Shown here one piece after another: positions 21,064-30,594 of a stretch of DNA of 64,000 nt; the first letter of the stretch is position 1, and each line of letters begins with the position of its first letter. The notes under the pieces were generated by a model. That model was not told the origin of the DNA, searched no databases, and saw only the letters and a program-made list of their open reading frames with translations. Where the stretch lies: contig CAXXHG010000036.1 in assembly GCA_963666315.2 (NCBI GenBank), positions 32,001-96,000 on the forward strand, read 5' to 3'. The translations under genes were made by a program, and so were the position numbers. Source of the stretch: Candidatus Binatia bacterium (GTDB lineage: Bacteria; Desulfobacterota; Binatia; Bin18).

Positions 21064-21468
21064 CCACAGATACTCTCCCACAGCCTGTGCTCCTACAAAA
21101 AGAGCCAGAAATCCCGGCGGCCCCCCAATGGCAAAAAGGAGGACCACGGCAGGAAGGAGCAGGCAGGCCAGCGGAGCTGCAATTTTGACATGGACGTCTA
21201 CCTGGTAGGTTGTTGTGTCATAGCCGCCAGCCTGGGCGGCATAGATCATATCAAGCAGTTTTGCTACGCCGACTTCTTTCGTTTTCACAGCCGTGCGTGG
21301 GGCTTCCCCGAGTTGAATAAAACGATCTGCGGGCGCCGGGTGTATGCCGTCTTGAGTGATTTCGATCCGTACCGGATCAGCGAGTTCCCAGACCCCATTC
21401 CCGACATGGCGTGCAGCAAGTGCCTCCGCCCTGCTTACCGGCAGCCCGGAAGCACTAAGTTCATACAC
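21058..21468 (-). pseudogene. LptF/LptG permease fragment
   Basis: LAARHVGNGVWEL, YQVDVHVKIAAPLACLLL; lacks the N-terminus and most C-terminal TM segments. Confidence 0.65.
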
Positions 21469-21476
21469 TGACAGGT

Positions 21477-21965
21477 TTAAAATGACCAGAATATTTTGAG
21501 GTCTTCCCGGGCCGGTCGAATCGGGAGGCGCATCAAGACATTTACTTCCCCGGCTTGCCCTGCCTGTCCATTCAGCATGCGGATATGCACATAGCCGATC
21601 GCCCCAGGGGTAGTGGCAACGAATTCGAGCACGGCGTCCTCAGACGCTAAGACATAGGGTGGCGACACGCCTTGAAAGTACTGGGCGTTCCAGTAATCCT
21701 GCATGTCTTCGGGCGGTTTATCAAAAACCTCGAGCGAAAACTGGGTACGCACCGGGTGATCGGCCGGGAGGTTGATCGGTACAATCCTTGCTCCATTATT
21801 CCAGAAACGCCGGCGCCGTTCATAAATGCTGCTCAGATCGGCACGACTCAGAGATTCTCCACCGTGCGCGCGAGAAACGATGACGGCAAGCTGTTCCGTT
21901 GCGCCCAACTGCGTCGGGTAGAAGGCTCCCAGCAGGAACAGGCAGAGGAGTATGACACGACGCAT
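21477..21965 (-). CDS. Small periplasmic binding protein (PstS-like, single-domain)
   Basis: Signal peptide, LAVIVS, IYERRRRFW..PINLPADHPVR..YWN..YFQGVSPP..FVATTPGAIGY. Confidence 0.8.
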   Translation of the reverse strand: MRRVILLCLFLLGAFYPTQLGATEQLAVIVSRAHGGESLSRADLSSIYERRRRFWNNGARIVPINLPADHPVRTQFSLEVFDKPPEDMQDYWNAQYFQGVSPPYVLASEDAVLEFVATTPGAIGYVHIRMLNGQAGQAGEVNVLMRLPIRPAREDLKIFWSF

Positions 21966-21988
21966 CCTAGAGAATCTCTCTGAACTGG

Positions 21989-22576
21989 CTAAAAAAAATT
22001 GCGATAGAGGCGCCAAAGCCCTCTGGGACTTCGGCAAAAATGGAGTCAGCGTCCCGTGGATCATCCCGCCTGTCGTGTTCTCGGAAAACGGCTGGGAGGT
22101 GACACTCGGACGCGACGTGGTCCATACCAAGGGTGCCGCATGGATTTCGTTCCAACGACCAACGGGTGTCAAGAATTTCCCAACCCGTCCCACCAAGGCG
22201 TCAGAGGCAAACAGATCCAGATACAATCGCTCGACCTCAAGCGCATCTTCACGCGAACGCAACCGATGCCCTTCTTGAGCAATGAGAATGTCTTCGAGCT
22301 CTATTTCGGAAAAAAGCGAACCCGGCTCAGCAAATCCCACGAGATCTGACTGCTCAGGGTGTTGACCAAGAAACGGAATGCTTCGTCACGCATGTCCTCA
22401 TACTGCAGGTTGGCATACCCGCCGAGGGTCAGACCCGTATTCCCAATGCTCAAGCCACGACCCAGGGTGTAGTGCGTAGGCTGCAGCGGACCTGCAGCAC
22501 GGACAGCAGCGACCGGACCTACGTTCTGAATGACAACGGCAAAAAGACAGGACAAGAGGACGTGGCGGGCTCGCAT
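21989..22576 (-). pseudogene. Outer-membrane porin-like gene, frameshifted and internally deleted
   Basis: Signal peptide, LGGYAN, RFF/SEIELE, ERLYLD, RVGKFLTPVGRWNEIHAAPL; then a jump to the tail AEVPEGFGASIAIFF. T-runs at 22310-22315 and 21991-21998 are each one base short of restoring frame or stop. Confidence 0.75.
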
Positions 22577-22650
22577 TGGATGCGTTCTTATACCCACATT
22601 ACGGCGAAGCATGGAAGAACCATCTTGCAAGAGATATACTTAGAGTATCC

Positions 22651-22816
22651 ATGAGCATGCGGCGCATTCTTATTTTTCTTTTATCAGCATGAGCCTCATT
22701 CCCGCCTTAGGACTAACCTTGCTCGCCTTTTCTCAGGCGCGACAGGCCTTATGCTCGGAAATCGCCCGGAACCTCGAAGCGCAATCAGTCTCGGTGATTG
22801 AACAGGTCGACCGCAT
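22651..22816 (+). pseudogene. N-terminal ~55 codons of a membrane sensor (likely histidine kinase)
   Basis: [55 protein letters not shown]: TM helix plus periplasmic helix; frameshift in T5 at 22673-22677. Confidence 0.6.
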
Positions 22817-23514
22817 ACCAAGACCGAGCGGGGAAGTTTGAGCTGGCCAACGGTGGCACCATCTTTCTCGACGAGATTACTGAAATGCCGCTTGCGATGC
22901 AGGCCAAGCTTTTGCGCGTCTTGCAAGAACGAGAAATCGAGCGACTGGGCAGTAACCGGCGTGTCCCCGTAGACCTTCGTATCGTCGTGGCGACGAACCG
23001 GAACCCGCAGCAGGCCGTTCAAGACGGCCTGCTGCGCGAAAACCTCTTTTATCGCATCAATATTTTTACGCTAGAAATGCCCCCACTGCGTAAACGCTCA
23101 GATGACATCTCGATGCTTGTTACACATTTTCTTGAGCAACACGGCAGGAAGCTAGGCAAAGGCAACATGACTGTCACTGATCACGCTCTCACCTGTCTGC
23201 AACAGTATGCCTGGCCTGGGAATATCCGAGAATTGGAAAATGTTCTGGAAAGCGCGGTTGTTCTGTGCCGGGATGAGCAGATCGATACCGACCACTTACC
23301 GCGAGAAATACTCTCGCTCTCCGCTGTCGCGCTACCACATGTGACAGCCCAGGCAGCAACAGTCCCTACCTTACCTCATGCGGTTGAGGACCTTGAAAAA
23401 GAGCTGATCGCGCGGGCACTGTCTGAAACCAATGATAACAAATCCAAAGCCGCTCACTTGCTCAATATCAGCGAACGGTCCCTCTGGTATAAGGTGAAAA
23501 AATACAGTGTGTAA
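22812..23514 (+). pseudogene. Sigma-54 enhancer-binding protein, C-terminal half only
   Basis: [36 protein letters not shown] and Fis-type HTH are present. Receiver domain, Walker A and GAFTGA are missing. Confidence 0.88.
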
Positions 23515-23543
23515 GAAAGTTTTCGCCGAGTACGCGCACTATC

Positions 23544-23578
23544 TGCACAAATTGTGCACCCTGCACAATTTGTCTGCA
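23544..23578. promoter_or_regulatory. Putative tandem enhancer sites
   Basis: Palindrome TGCACAAATTGTGCA followed by the related TGCACAATTTGTCTGCA, ~70-105 bp upstream of a sigma-54 promoter. Confidence 0.6.
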
Positions 23579-23649
23579 AATATTAGACGACGGACCTCCC
23601 ATCATCTCGCTCCTCCCTCAAAAGCTCATACTTTTGCTTCTTGTGTAAA

Positions 23650-23665
23650 TGGCACGGGAAGTGCT
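23650..23665 (+). promoter_or_regulatory. Sigma-54 (-24/-12) promoter
   Basis: TGGCACGGGAAGTGCT, with GG-N10-GC spacing. Confidence 0.75.
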
Positions 23666-23725
23666 CTCCCCCAGATAGCACAGCCACACGGGCTGAATTT
23701 CGGAGGATGGAGGAGGAATATTCCT

Positions 23726-24718
23726 ATGACCACACCACGCATACTCTCAGGGGGGGAGCCTAGAACGCTTCGACTGAAAATTCGATTCGGGCTACTGGGA
23801 CTCGGACTCTTTTTTTTGGCAGCCACACCGGCATTCGCCGGCCATTGCAATTCACAAGCCATCTCGAAACGCCACTCCTGTATTTTCGAGATACATGAAG
23901 AATATTGGGATGCACGGGGGAATTGTTTCGATTTGTTCACAAGTGCTGAGCGCATTCCGTGTGTAAAGACCGCAGTTGAAGAAAGGGAGGAGGCCCGCAG
24001 TGAGTGCGAGGACCAGCTTATGGCGCGCAAAGAGGTATGTGACCTTGTCGGCCCTGGTCCGTATATCCCAGACTTCGCCCCCGCCAACTTCATCGATCCC
24101 AACGATATAGGCGGTTCTGTCACACCCAATCCATATTTCTCCCTCGTCGTGGGGAATACCTGGGAGTATGCTGGCGACGATGAGACCGTGACCGTGACCG
24201 ACAAGACTAAGCTCATTGCTGGCGTGACCTGTCGCGTTGTCAACGATGTCGTTCGCGAAGACGGCCAAGTGATCGAAGACACCAATGATTGGTATGCCCA
24301 ACACCTGAATGGTGACGTCTGGTATTGTGGTGAGCTGGCGCGAGACTTTGAGACCTTCGAAGGAGATGAGCCCCAAGAGCCGGAGTTAGTGGAGATCGAT
24401 GGCTCATTCAAGGCGGGCCGGGACAATGCTCGGCCGGGGATTCTTGTATTGGCCGACCCGCAGGTCGGGGATGCCTACCGGCAAGAGATGTCGCTGGGAG
24501 AGGCTGAAGATTTCGCGCAGGTCATCGGGATTACCGGTACGGAGTCGGTACCCGGCGCCGCGTGCTCCGGCAGCTGCCTCGTGACCCGTGACTTCACGGC
24601 GCTCGAGCCTGGCCATGAGGAGAACAAATACTATGTACCTGGCGTAGGTCCCATCCTCGAAGTCAATCTGGAAGAAGGGGACCGACTCGAACTCCAATTG
24701 TTCACCCCTGGGCCGTAA
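23726..24718 (+). CDS. Secreted Cys-rich, acidic hypothetical protein
   Basis: RBS GGAGGAGG, signal peptide ending AFA, Cys-rich helical N region, NPYFSL..EDTNDWYAQ..VWYCGE..YRQE..ENKYYVPGVG. Confidence 0.85.
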   Translation: MTTPRILSGGEPRTLRLKIRFGLLGLGLFFLAATPAFAGHCNSQAISKRHSCIFEIHEEYWDARGNCFDLFTSAERIPCVKTAVEEREEARSECEDQLMARKEVCDLVGPGPYIPDFAPANFIDPNDIGGSVTPNPYFSLVVGNTWEYAGDDETVTVTDKTKLIAGVTCRVVNDVVREDGQVIEDTNDWYAQHLNGDVWYCGELARDFETFEGDEPQEPELVEIDGSFKAGRDNARPGILVLADPQVGDAYRQEMSLGEAEDFAQVIGITGTESVPGAACSGSCLVTRDFTALEPGHEENKYYVPGVGPILEVNLEEGDRLELQLFTPGP

Positions 24719-25056
24719 CACCAGGCTCGCTCGTTCGCCGTGGGTCCGCAGTCATGCCGGCCCACGGCTGTCTCACTGCTATCGAGTGACCACCCCTCCG
24801 GTTGGCACCCACAACCTTGCCCTTATAAGCACCGTATTCCAATTATGGCACACCCGATGGCCTGGTCCATTCGAGCTGTCCGCAATCACACCAGAGCGTT
24901 TCCTGCGATTGATTCATATTGAGGGGATAGCGCCGTATCAGGAGAGTTGGTAGGCTACCCCGCTTCGCGTGACCCCGAATAGGTCGAGGCCACAATACAC
25001 ACCACACCGGGTATTCGGCGGCATCTTACGACGGGATATTGCGACGGCATATTGTC

Positions 25057-25797
25057 ATGACAGCAGTTTGGATCACTAGTGCAACTTTTGTCCTGACCCT
25101 CGCGGGAGGACTGCTTACTCTCCGTCTTCAAGCCTATCAGGGCATCGTCTTTGCCTTCTGTGCTGGAGCATTGATTGCAAGTGCGCTGATGGAAGTGATT
25201 CCAGAATCGTTGGAATTGCTGGAGGTGACCGGCTCTTCTTTTCACCATCATCACCTGCTGCTTGCCTGCGTCCTCGGCTTTCTGTGCTTCTACTTGGTCG
25301 AGCATGCAACCCACCAGCGAGAGACACCGGACGAACAAGCGTCTCACCATGCACACGCTCCGCATTCCGGCATCTGGGGGGCAACCGGCATTCTGGTGCA
25401 TAGTTTTTTTGACGGATTTGCCATTGGGAAAGGCTTTCACGCCGGGGAGCAGGTAGGCTGGGCTATCGCACTGGGGATTACCCTGCACAAAATTGCCGAC
25501 GGCGCGAGTGTTGCCGGGGTTATGCTCGGGACAAAACAGACCGTTCGCGCAACGATGATTATGCTCGTGCTCACTGCTCTTGCCCCGATTGCCGGCGTCT
25601 TTGCCCAGGACTTGGTCGTTTTTCAGACAGCAATTCTTGCTCTGCTGCTCGGCTGGTTTGGTGGAGTCCTTTTGTATCTTGGTGCGGGCAGTCTGTTGCC
25701 TGCGGCGCACGATGCAAGTCATTCGCGTCAGCTTCCACTTGCAACCCTTGCCGGCGTGCTCTTTGTCTACGCTGCACAGCTTTTGGTGCAGCATTAG
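25057..25797 (+). CDS. ZIP family metal transporter
   Basis: EVIPES, His-rich loops, VHSFFDG, LHKIADG; multiple TM segments. Confidence 0.88.
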   Translation: MTAVWITSATFVLTLAGGLLTLRLQAYQGIVFAFCAGALIASALMEVIPESLELLEVTGSSFHHHHLLLACVLGFLCFYLVEHATHQRETPDEQASHHAHAPHSGIWGATGILVHSFFDGFAIGKGFHAGEQVGWAIALGITLHKIADGASVAGVMLGTKQTVRATMIMLVLTALAPIAGVFAQDLVVFQTAILALLLGWFGGVLLYLGAGSLLPAAHDASHSRQLPLATLAGVLFVYAAQLLVQH

Positions 25798-25808
25798 CAG
25801 CATGAGAC

Positions 25809-25840
25809 GGGCCGGCCAGTGCCGAGCACTCCGGCCTTTT
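25809..25840 (+). terminator. Probable intrinsic terminator of the ZIP gene
   Basis: GGCCGG..AGTGC-CGA-GCACT-CCGGCC-TTTT. Confidence 0.6.
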
Positions 25841-26011
25841 CAAGCTCTCGACTCTGTATCTGCGTAACCGATTCCAGATAAGATCTCGACTGTATGCTCC
25901 CCATATAAATGGGGAACGCCGAGTGAGCCGGGCCGCGGTCGGTGACAGTTCCGCTGCCGGACCGACGGGAGATGCAGGCGCGTTATGTAGGCGCGTTGTT
26001 AATGATGCTTC

Positions 26012-26215
26012 TCAACGAGGTTCATCATGGCGGCGCTTTGACTCGCCGACGCGCAGACCAGACTGCAGGATTCCTTTGTCGATCCTGATAGTAAAACCAC
26101 ATTCTGGGTTCGTACATGCCCAAACCTTAAATTCGAGCGATGCGCCTTCTGGTCCGTAATCAGACAACGGAACGAGCACCCCAAGGGTGCATTTTTTGCA
26201 TTGGGGAAGGTCCAC
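26012..26215 (-). CDS. Small zinc-ribbon-like protein
   Basis: RBS GAGGAGG before GTG; CKKC...WACTNPECGF. Confidence 0.75.
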   Translation of the reverse strand: MDLPQCKKCTLGVLVPLSDYGPEGASLEFKVWACTNPECGFTIRIDKGILQSGLRVGESKRRHDEPR

Positions 26216-26383
26216 GCCTGCCGCCTCCTCTCTCACTACAAGAGTTCTACCTCTCTTGTAGTATGCCAGGGAAAGGAGGTGAGATACAAGGGGAATTTTT
26301 CAAAGACCTCAGTTGCCATCCGTGTAGTGCAACTCCGTCCACTCAACAATACTTCCATCTTGTCGTGCACCACTAGTCCTCAT

Positions 26384-27748
26384 TTAGGGCATATGGGGAG
26401 AAGCACCCAAGCGTGCGAGTTGCAGCATACGCCACGTATCGTTCAGCATCTTGCGTGTCTGGACAATACGGCGTTGAACCTCAAGTTGATGGACCTGCTC
26501 GGTTAAGACTGTAATAAAGGGAAGTTGCATCTTATGATTCCATTCTTGGGCATAGTTGACGCTCGTGTCGGTTGAGGGAAGCAATCTATTTTCTAGTATC
26601 AGGAGTGCTGCATGCATACGGTCGAGTCCGCGATAATGCTCAACAACTTCTTTTGCCACCAGCCGCTGGAGTGCTTCTAGCCGCCGTATCGCTTGTCGCA
26701 GCTGATAGGAAGAAGCGGCAATCCAGGCCTGGTTCTGGTCGAATATCGGAAGCTCAATCGAGAGGGTGGGTCCAATTGAATTCTCTCCTCCTGCCACATC
26801 TTCAAAATCCCCCTCCCAGCGCGGCCCAAATAGGACGGTCTTCCAGATAAGGGCCCGCTCCAGCTCGTGTTGCTTCGCCCTTCGCTCAACCTCGGCGTGC
26901 GCGATGGCCAAGTCCAATCGATTATCCATTGCGTATTGAAGTGTTACTTGAAGAGATTGCTGCTCAAAATGGATAGTCTCTAGTGTGTGAGTCGAGATAA
27001 AATCGGCTGCATTCTCGAGTGCCAGCGTTTGCGCGAGTAGCGTTACGGCCTGTGTTACGGCCTGCTTTGCCTCGTGAACGGCTATCTCTTGTCCGGCCTG
27101 CATGGACACTGCTTCTTCCATTTCAGTCGTGTCAGCCAAACCATGGCCGTAACGAATCTGAAGCCGCTGGGCGGCCTTCCCGCGCACGACAAGAAGCTCT
27201 TGTTCAATATGGAGGAGCTGTCGCGTAGCGACAACAGCGTCCCAAGCATGCGCAGCCGTATAAGCCGTCAGCATGACATGCCAGACTGCGGTATATTCGG
27301 CTTGTCGGGCAGCAAGGGCGGCAACCCGCTTGCGTCGCGGCACTTGCCACAGGTCGGACAGCCAGCCTATCAGCCCTAGCCCACTACTACCCACAGAGAG
27401 AGGAAACGCCACAAAGGCCTCCAGAGTCGGATTTTGCAGTAGACCAGCTTGAGTCAATTCTGCAGCTGCCAGGCCAAGATTCTCAAGTTCTGCTTGCAGG
27501 CTGCGGTTGTTCAAAATGGCAATGTGGGCAGCCTCGTCACGAGTCAATCCGTCCTGCGCAAGTGTAGACGCACGCTGAAAATTCTCTTGAACTTGCTCTG
27601 CATCCTGCGACCAGACAATCTCCGTCTGCACGCGCTCCTGGCCTAAGGTCTGCACCGCCTCAAAATGCGATTCGGGTTGAACTGTGACACATCCGCCCAA
27701 GGACAAAACAAGGAGAATTTCGATGCCAAGGGAGATCTTTGCCCTCAT
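26384..27748 (-). CDS. TolC family outer-membrane lipoprotein (copper-associated)
   Basis: Lipobox LGGC, AILNNRSLQA, AGLLQNP, ELPIFDQNQ. Confidence 0.88.
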   Translation of the reverse strand: MRAKISLGIEILLVLSLGGCVTVQPESHFEAVQTLGQERVQTEIVWSQDAEQVQENFQRASTLAQDGLTRDEAAHIAILNNRSLQAELENLGLAAAELTQAGLLQNPTLEAFVAFPLSVGSSGLGLIGWLSDLWQVPRRKRVAALAARQAEYTAVWHVMLTAYTAAHAWDAVVATRQLLHIEQELLVVRGKAAQRLQIRYGHGLADTTEMEEAVSMQAGQEIAVHEAKQAVTQAVTLLAQTLALENAADFISTHTLETIHFEQQSLQVTLQYAMDNRLDLAIAHAEVERRAKQHELERALIWKTVLFGPRWEGDFEDVAGGENSIGPTLSIELPIFDQNQAWIAASSYQLRQAIRRLEALQRLVAKEVVEHYRGLDRMHAALLILENRLLPSTDTSVNYAQEWNHKMQLPFITVLTEQVHQLEVQRRIVQTRKMLNDTWRMLQLARLGASPHMP

Positions 27749-29055
27749 TAGATCCCCTCCTGTTTTGGCGGATATTCCCAGGGAGCTCTAGGTGAACGCG
27801 GATCATAGCCCCGCTCATTGGGGATAACCTTGAGATGGGTGAACATGCCTTCATGTGGGGCAATGCCCATAGGCTGGTCCGGCATCTGGTTCATAATGTG
27901 ATGCAGGACATGACAGTGTAGACGCCAAGTGCCGGGATTCCATGCGTCGAGCTCGATATCACGTGTCTCTCCCGGTCCGATTGTCACCGTCACATCCCGC
28001 CAACGCGCGCTAACAGGAATAGGTCCTCCCGTTGTGCCAACAATTTCAAAAACGTGCCCGTGAATATGGATCGGATGATACAGCAGACTCAGGTTTGCGA
28101 ACCGAATACGCACTTGGTCGCCTTGATGTACGACGAGCTGAGGAAACGACGGAGCCGTCTTTCCGTTGAAGGTTGCAAATGAGGGCTCCATGGCATTGAT
28201 ATTGGGGTTCGGATTGCCCGGCTGGAATGTCCATTGTTGCAGTACGAGTACGAAATCTTTGTCTATTTTTCGTTCCTGGCGCCGGGGATGAATGACAAAC
28301 GCCCCGCTTAGGCCCAGCGCTTCTTGTTTCATGACGTTAAAGCCGGTGTGGTACATGAGCGTTCCGGACTGCATGAGGTCGAACTCGTATACCTCCGTCT
28401 GTCCAGGCAGAACCGGTCTGCGGGCTTCAAACGGATGATAGCCGGACGCCCCGTCTTGGGAGAATGGCAGCTCAAAGCCGTGCCAATGAATGGACGTCGG
28501 CTCCGGAAGTTCGTTGCGTAGGATGATCCGAACGCGGTCGCCCTCGGTTGCTTCAAGTGTCGGACCAGGACAATTCCCGTTATAGCCCCAGGCCAGCATG
28601 GTCTTGGGCTGGCTTGATCGCGGCTGAAAGCGCTGATGACCCTCCGGGATAGTCGGTGCGTGTCGGTGTTCGACACTGTCCGGCTCCGTTATGACGACCT
28701 CAACCGGCTGGGCAATAAGCTCGAAGACTTTGACGTCGCCGTCCATGCGATAGCCCAAAGGCGGGATACCGGGCGTGACCACGCGCCCCATTTGGCGGCC
28801 CATCGTTCGGGGTGGGGACGAGAGAACAATATCGGGATGCCGACGTGGAAACCGGTCGACAAGCGGGTTCATGGACATCCCATGCATGGGATGCCCATGG
28901 CCGTCGGCTGCCGACAGCTCAGCGTTCTGGTCTAATCTGGCTGGGCTGGCTGGGCCGGCCAAGCTGACCGCCCTACGCGCTGAGAGTGCGCCTGTTGTCG
29001 CGGCGGCAAATGCGGTGAGCAATTTTCGTCGCGTAAGTATTTTGGACGCTTTCAT
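27748..29055 (-). CDS. Tat-exported two-domain multicopper oxidase
   Basis: TRRKLL Tat motif, IHWHG, MYHT, HPIHIHGH, HCHVLHHIMNQM. Confidence 0.92.
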   Translation of the reverse strand: MKASKILTRRKLLTAFAAATTGALSARRAVSLAGPASPARLDQNAELSAADGHGHPMHGMSMNPLVDRFPRRHPDIVLSSPPRTMGRQMGRVVTPGIPPLGYRMDGDVKVFELIAQPVEVVITEPDSVEHRHAPTIPEGHQRFQPRSSQPKTMLAWGYNGNCPGPTLEATEGDRVRIILRNELPEPTSIHWHGFELPFSQDGASGYHPFEARRPVLPGQTEVYEFDLMQSGTLMYHTGFNVMKQEALGLSGAFVIHPRRQERKIDKDFVLVLQQWTFQPGNPNPNINAMEPSFATFNGKTAPSFPQLVVHQGDQVRIRFANLSLLYHPIHIHGHVFEIVGTTGGPIPVSARWRDVTVTIGPGETRDIELDAWNPGTWRLHCHVLHHIMNQMPDQPMGIAPHEGMFTHLKVIPNERGYDPRSPRAPWEYPPKQEGI

Positions 29056-29190
29056 TCGGATGACTCCTGTATATTCTGAGGGAAAAAGGAAGTAGACAGC
29101 ACACCTCGCAGCAATCCACTATCGACACTATCGAGGCGGTGTGGATAACGGTGAACGGTGGCAGCGCGAGGCGTACACGTTTTGGCGGGC

Positions 29191-29541
29191 TCACAGGAGA
29201 AAAATGGAATACAGAACGTTTAATCGAGGTTGAGACAAGTCTCTTACAGGAGACTGTCGAGAGCTCGGATTTTCCCACTCTTGTGGCGGCCGCCTCTCGC
29301 CTGCGGGCTGGAGCAAAGGCAGAGCGACCGCAGCAGCCGGAACCTCACTAGAAAAATCTGTTCGTGCAAGAAAGATGCACGTTGGGCAGTCAGCGGCTTG
29401 TTGCGGGACAGCCTCCTTATGGCAGGCAGGAGGGCCGGACGGCTCAGCCTCAGGACGAAAAGATGCACAGGCCGCAAGCGCGCACAGCGGCATCTGGAAA
29501 AGCAACACACAAGACAGGAGGGCTCCGATAAACAAACGCAT
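29191..29541 (-). CDS. Small Cys-rich leader protein of the copper operon (DUF2946-like)
   Basis: Hydrophobic N-terminus, PACH, CPTC, tail LNVLYSIFLL. Confidence 0.55.
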   Translation of the reverse strand: MRLFIGALLSCVLLFQMPLCALAACASFRPEAEPSGPPACHKEAVPQQAADCPTCIFLARTDFSSEVPAAAVALPLLQPAGERRPPQEWENPSSRQSPVRDLSQPRLNVLYSIFLL

Positions 29542-29730
29542 ACCGCACCGATCAAAAACCGCCGCCATCGAGAGGTGACTGTCATCAGTATGGAGGAGGC
29601 CCCCAAGCGAGTCAATCTGAGTGCCAAGCTGGGCTTTTTGCAACCCGACGAAGGTGGTATGCATTGCCATGTCTGGGGATAGGGAGAAGCAAAACAGAGG
29701 CACAGAGAATACAGGATGAGGAGACCGGGC

Positions 29731-30069
29731 ATGGACGTATTTAAACAGCTAGGCGATCTGGTGACCTTCTCTGACGAGAAGATGAAAAAGGTCAACCTCT
29801 TCACAACCGACCGGATGTTCTGCGACGTATATTGCTTTGAGCCCGACCAAAAACAAACGCCGCACACCCATACCGGCTCTGACAAGATTTATTATGTCCT
29901 TGAAGGCAAGGCTAAAATTCGCATAGGCCAAGAAACTAAAGATGTGGGTCCGGGCGAAATCGCCCTGGCCCCATCCGGAACCGAGCATGGGGTGAGCAAT
30001 CCCGGCCCTGATCGTTTGACGGTTTTAGTTTTCATGGCTCCAAAACCTATCGCTCCAAAACCTGGATAA
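29731..30069 (+). CDS. Cupin domain protein
   Basis: HTH..DKIYYVLEG..HGVSN. Confidence 0.9.
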   Translation: MDVFKQLGDLVTFSDEKMKKVNLFTTDRMFCDVYCFEPDQKQTPHTHTGSDKIYYVLEGKAKIRIGQETKDVGPGEIALAPSGTEHGVSNPGPDRLTVLVFMAPKPIAPKPG

Positions 30070-30078
30070 GGAATACGC

Positions 30079-30495
30079 ATGGAAGCACACCAGGCCGTTG
30101 CGGCGGCAAATGAGGCCTTTTATCGCGCCTTTGAGACGCTCGATATTAAGGAGATGGAAAAGGTGTGGTTGCAAGCCAGCCATATCAAATGCGTCCATCC
30201 CGGTTGGTCGTTACTGTGTGGCTGGGGTCCGATTATGGCAAGCTGGGAGCGCATTTTCACTAATACGCAGTCCATGCGTTTCAGCCTCTCGGATGTACGC
30301 CTTGAGGTGTCAGGCACCCTAGGCTGGGCGGTGCTGATCGAAAATCTCGATGCGCACGGTTCGGACGGTGTGTCCCGATCCCAAATTTTAACCACCAATC
30401 TTTTTGAGCAATCCGAAGGACAGTGGTTCATGGTCCACCATCATGCGTCGCCGATTTTGGCGCCGCCAACACCGGCTGAAGACCAGCTCCAATAG
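30079..30495 (+). CDS. SnoaL/NTF2-like protein
   Basis: ANEAFYRAFE, CVHPGW, TNLFE..WFMVHHHAS. Confidence 0.9.
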   Translation: MEAHQAVAAANEAFYRAFETLDIKEMEKVWLQASHIKCVHPGWSLLCGWGPIMASWERIFTNTQSMRFSLSDVRLEVSGTLGWAVLIENLDAHGSDGVSRSQILTTNLFEQSEGQWFMVHHHASPILAPPTPAEDQLQ

Positions 30496-30594
30496 CAACA
30501 GTTGGAGCGGAACCAGCGTCTGAGCTTGCCCATTTCGCCACGTCGATGTTAGAGTGACAGCACCGCTAGACACACTAGGAGGAGGGTGACACGC

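Noticed and set aside
21477-22340. 287-aa porin/binding-protein fusion
   Set aside because: Artefact of a deletion and frameshifts; the binding protein has its own ATG and signal peptide at 21965.
24955-25803. Long antisense ORFs over the ZIP gene (also 4795-5532, 23626-24426, 56630-57343)
   Set aside because: They overlap well-supported genes on the opposite strand and lack recognisable motifs.
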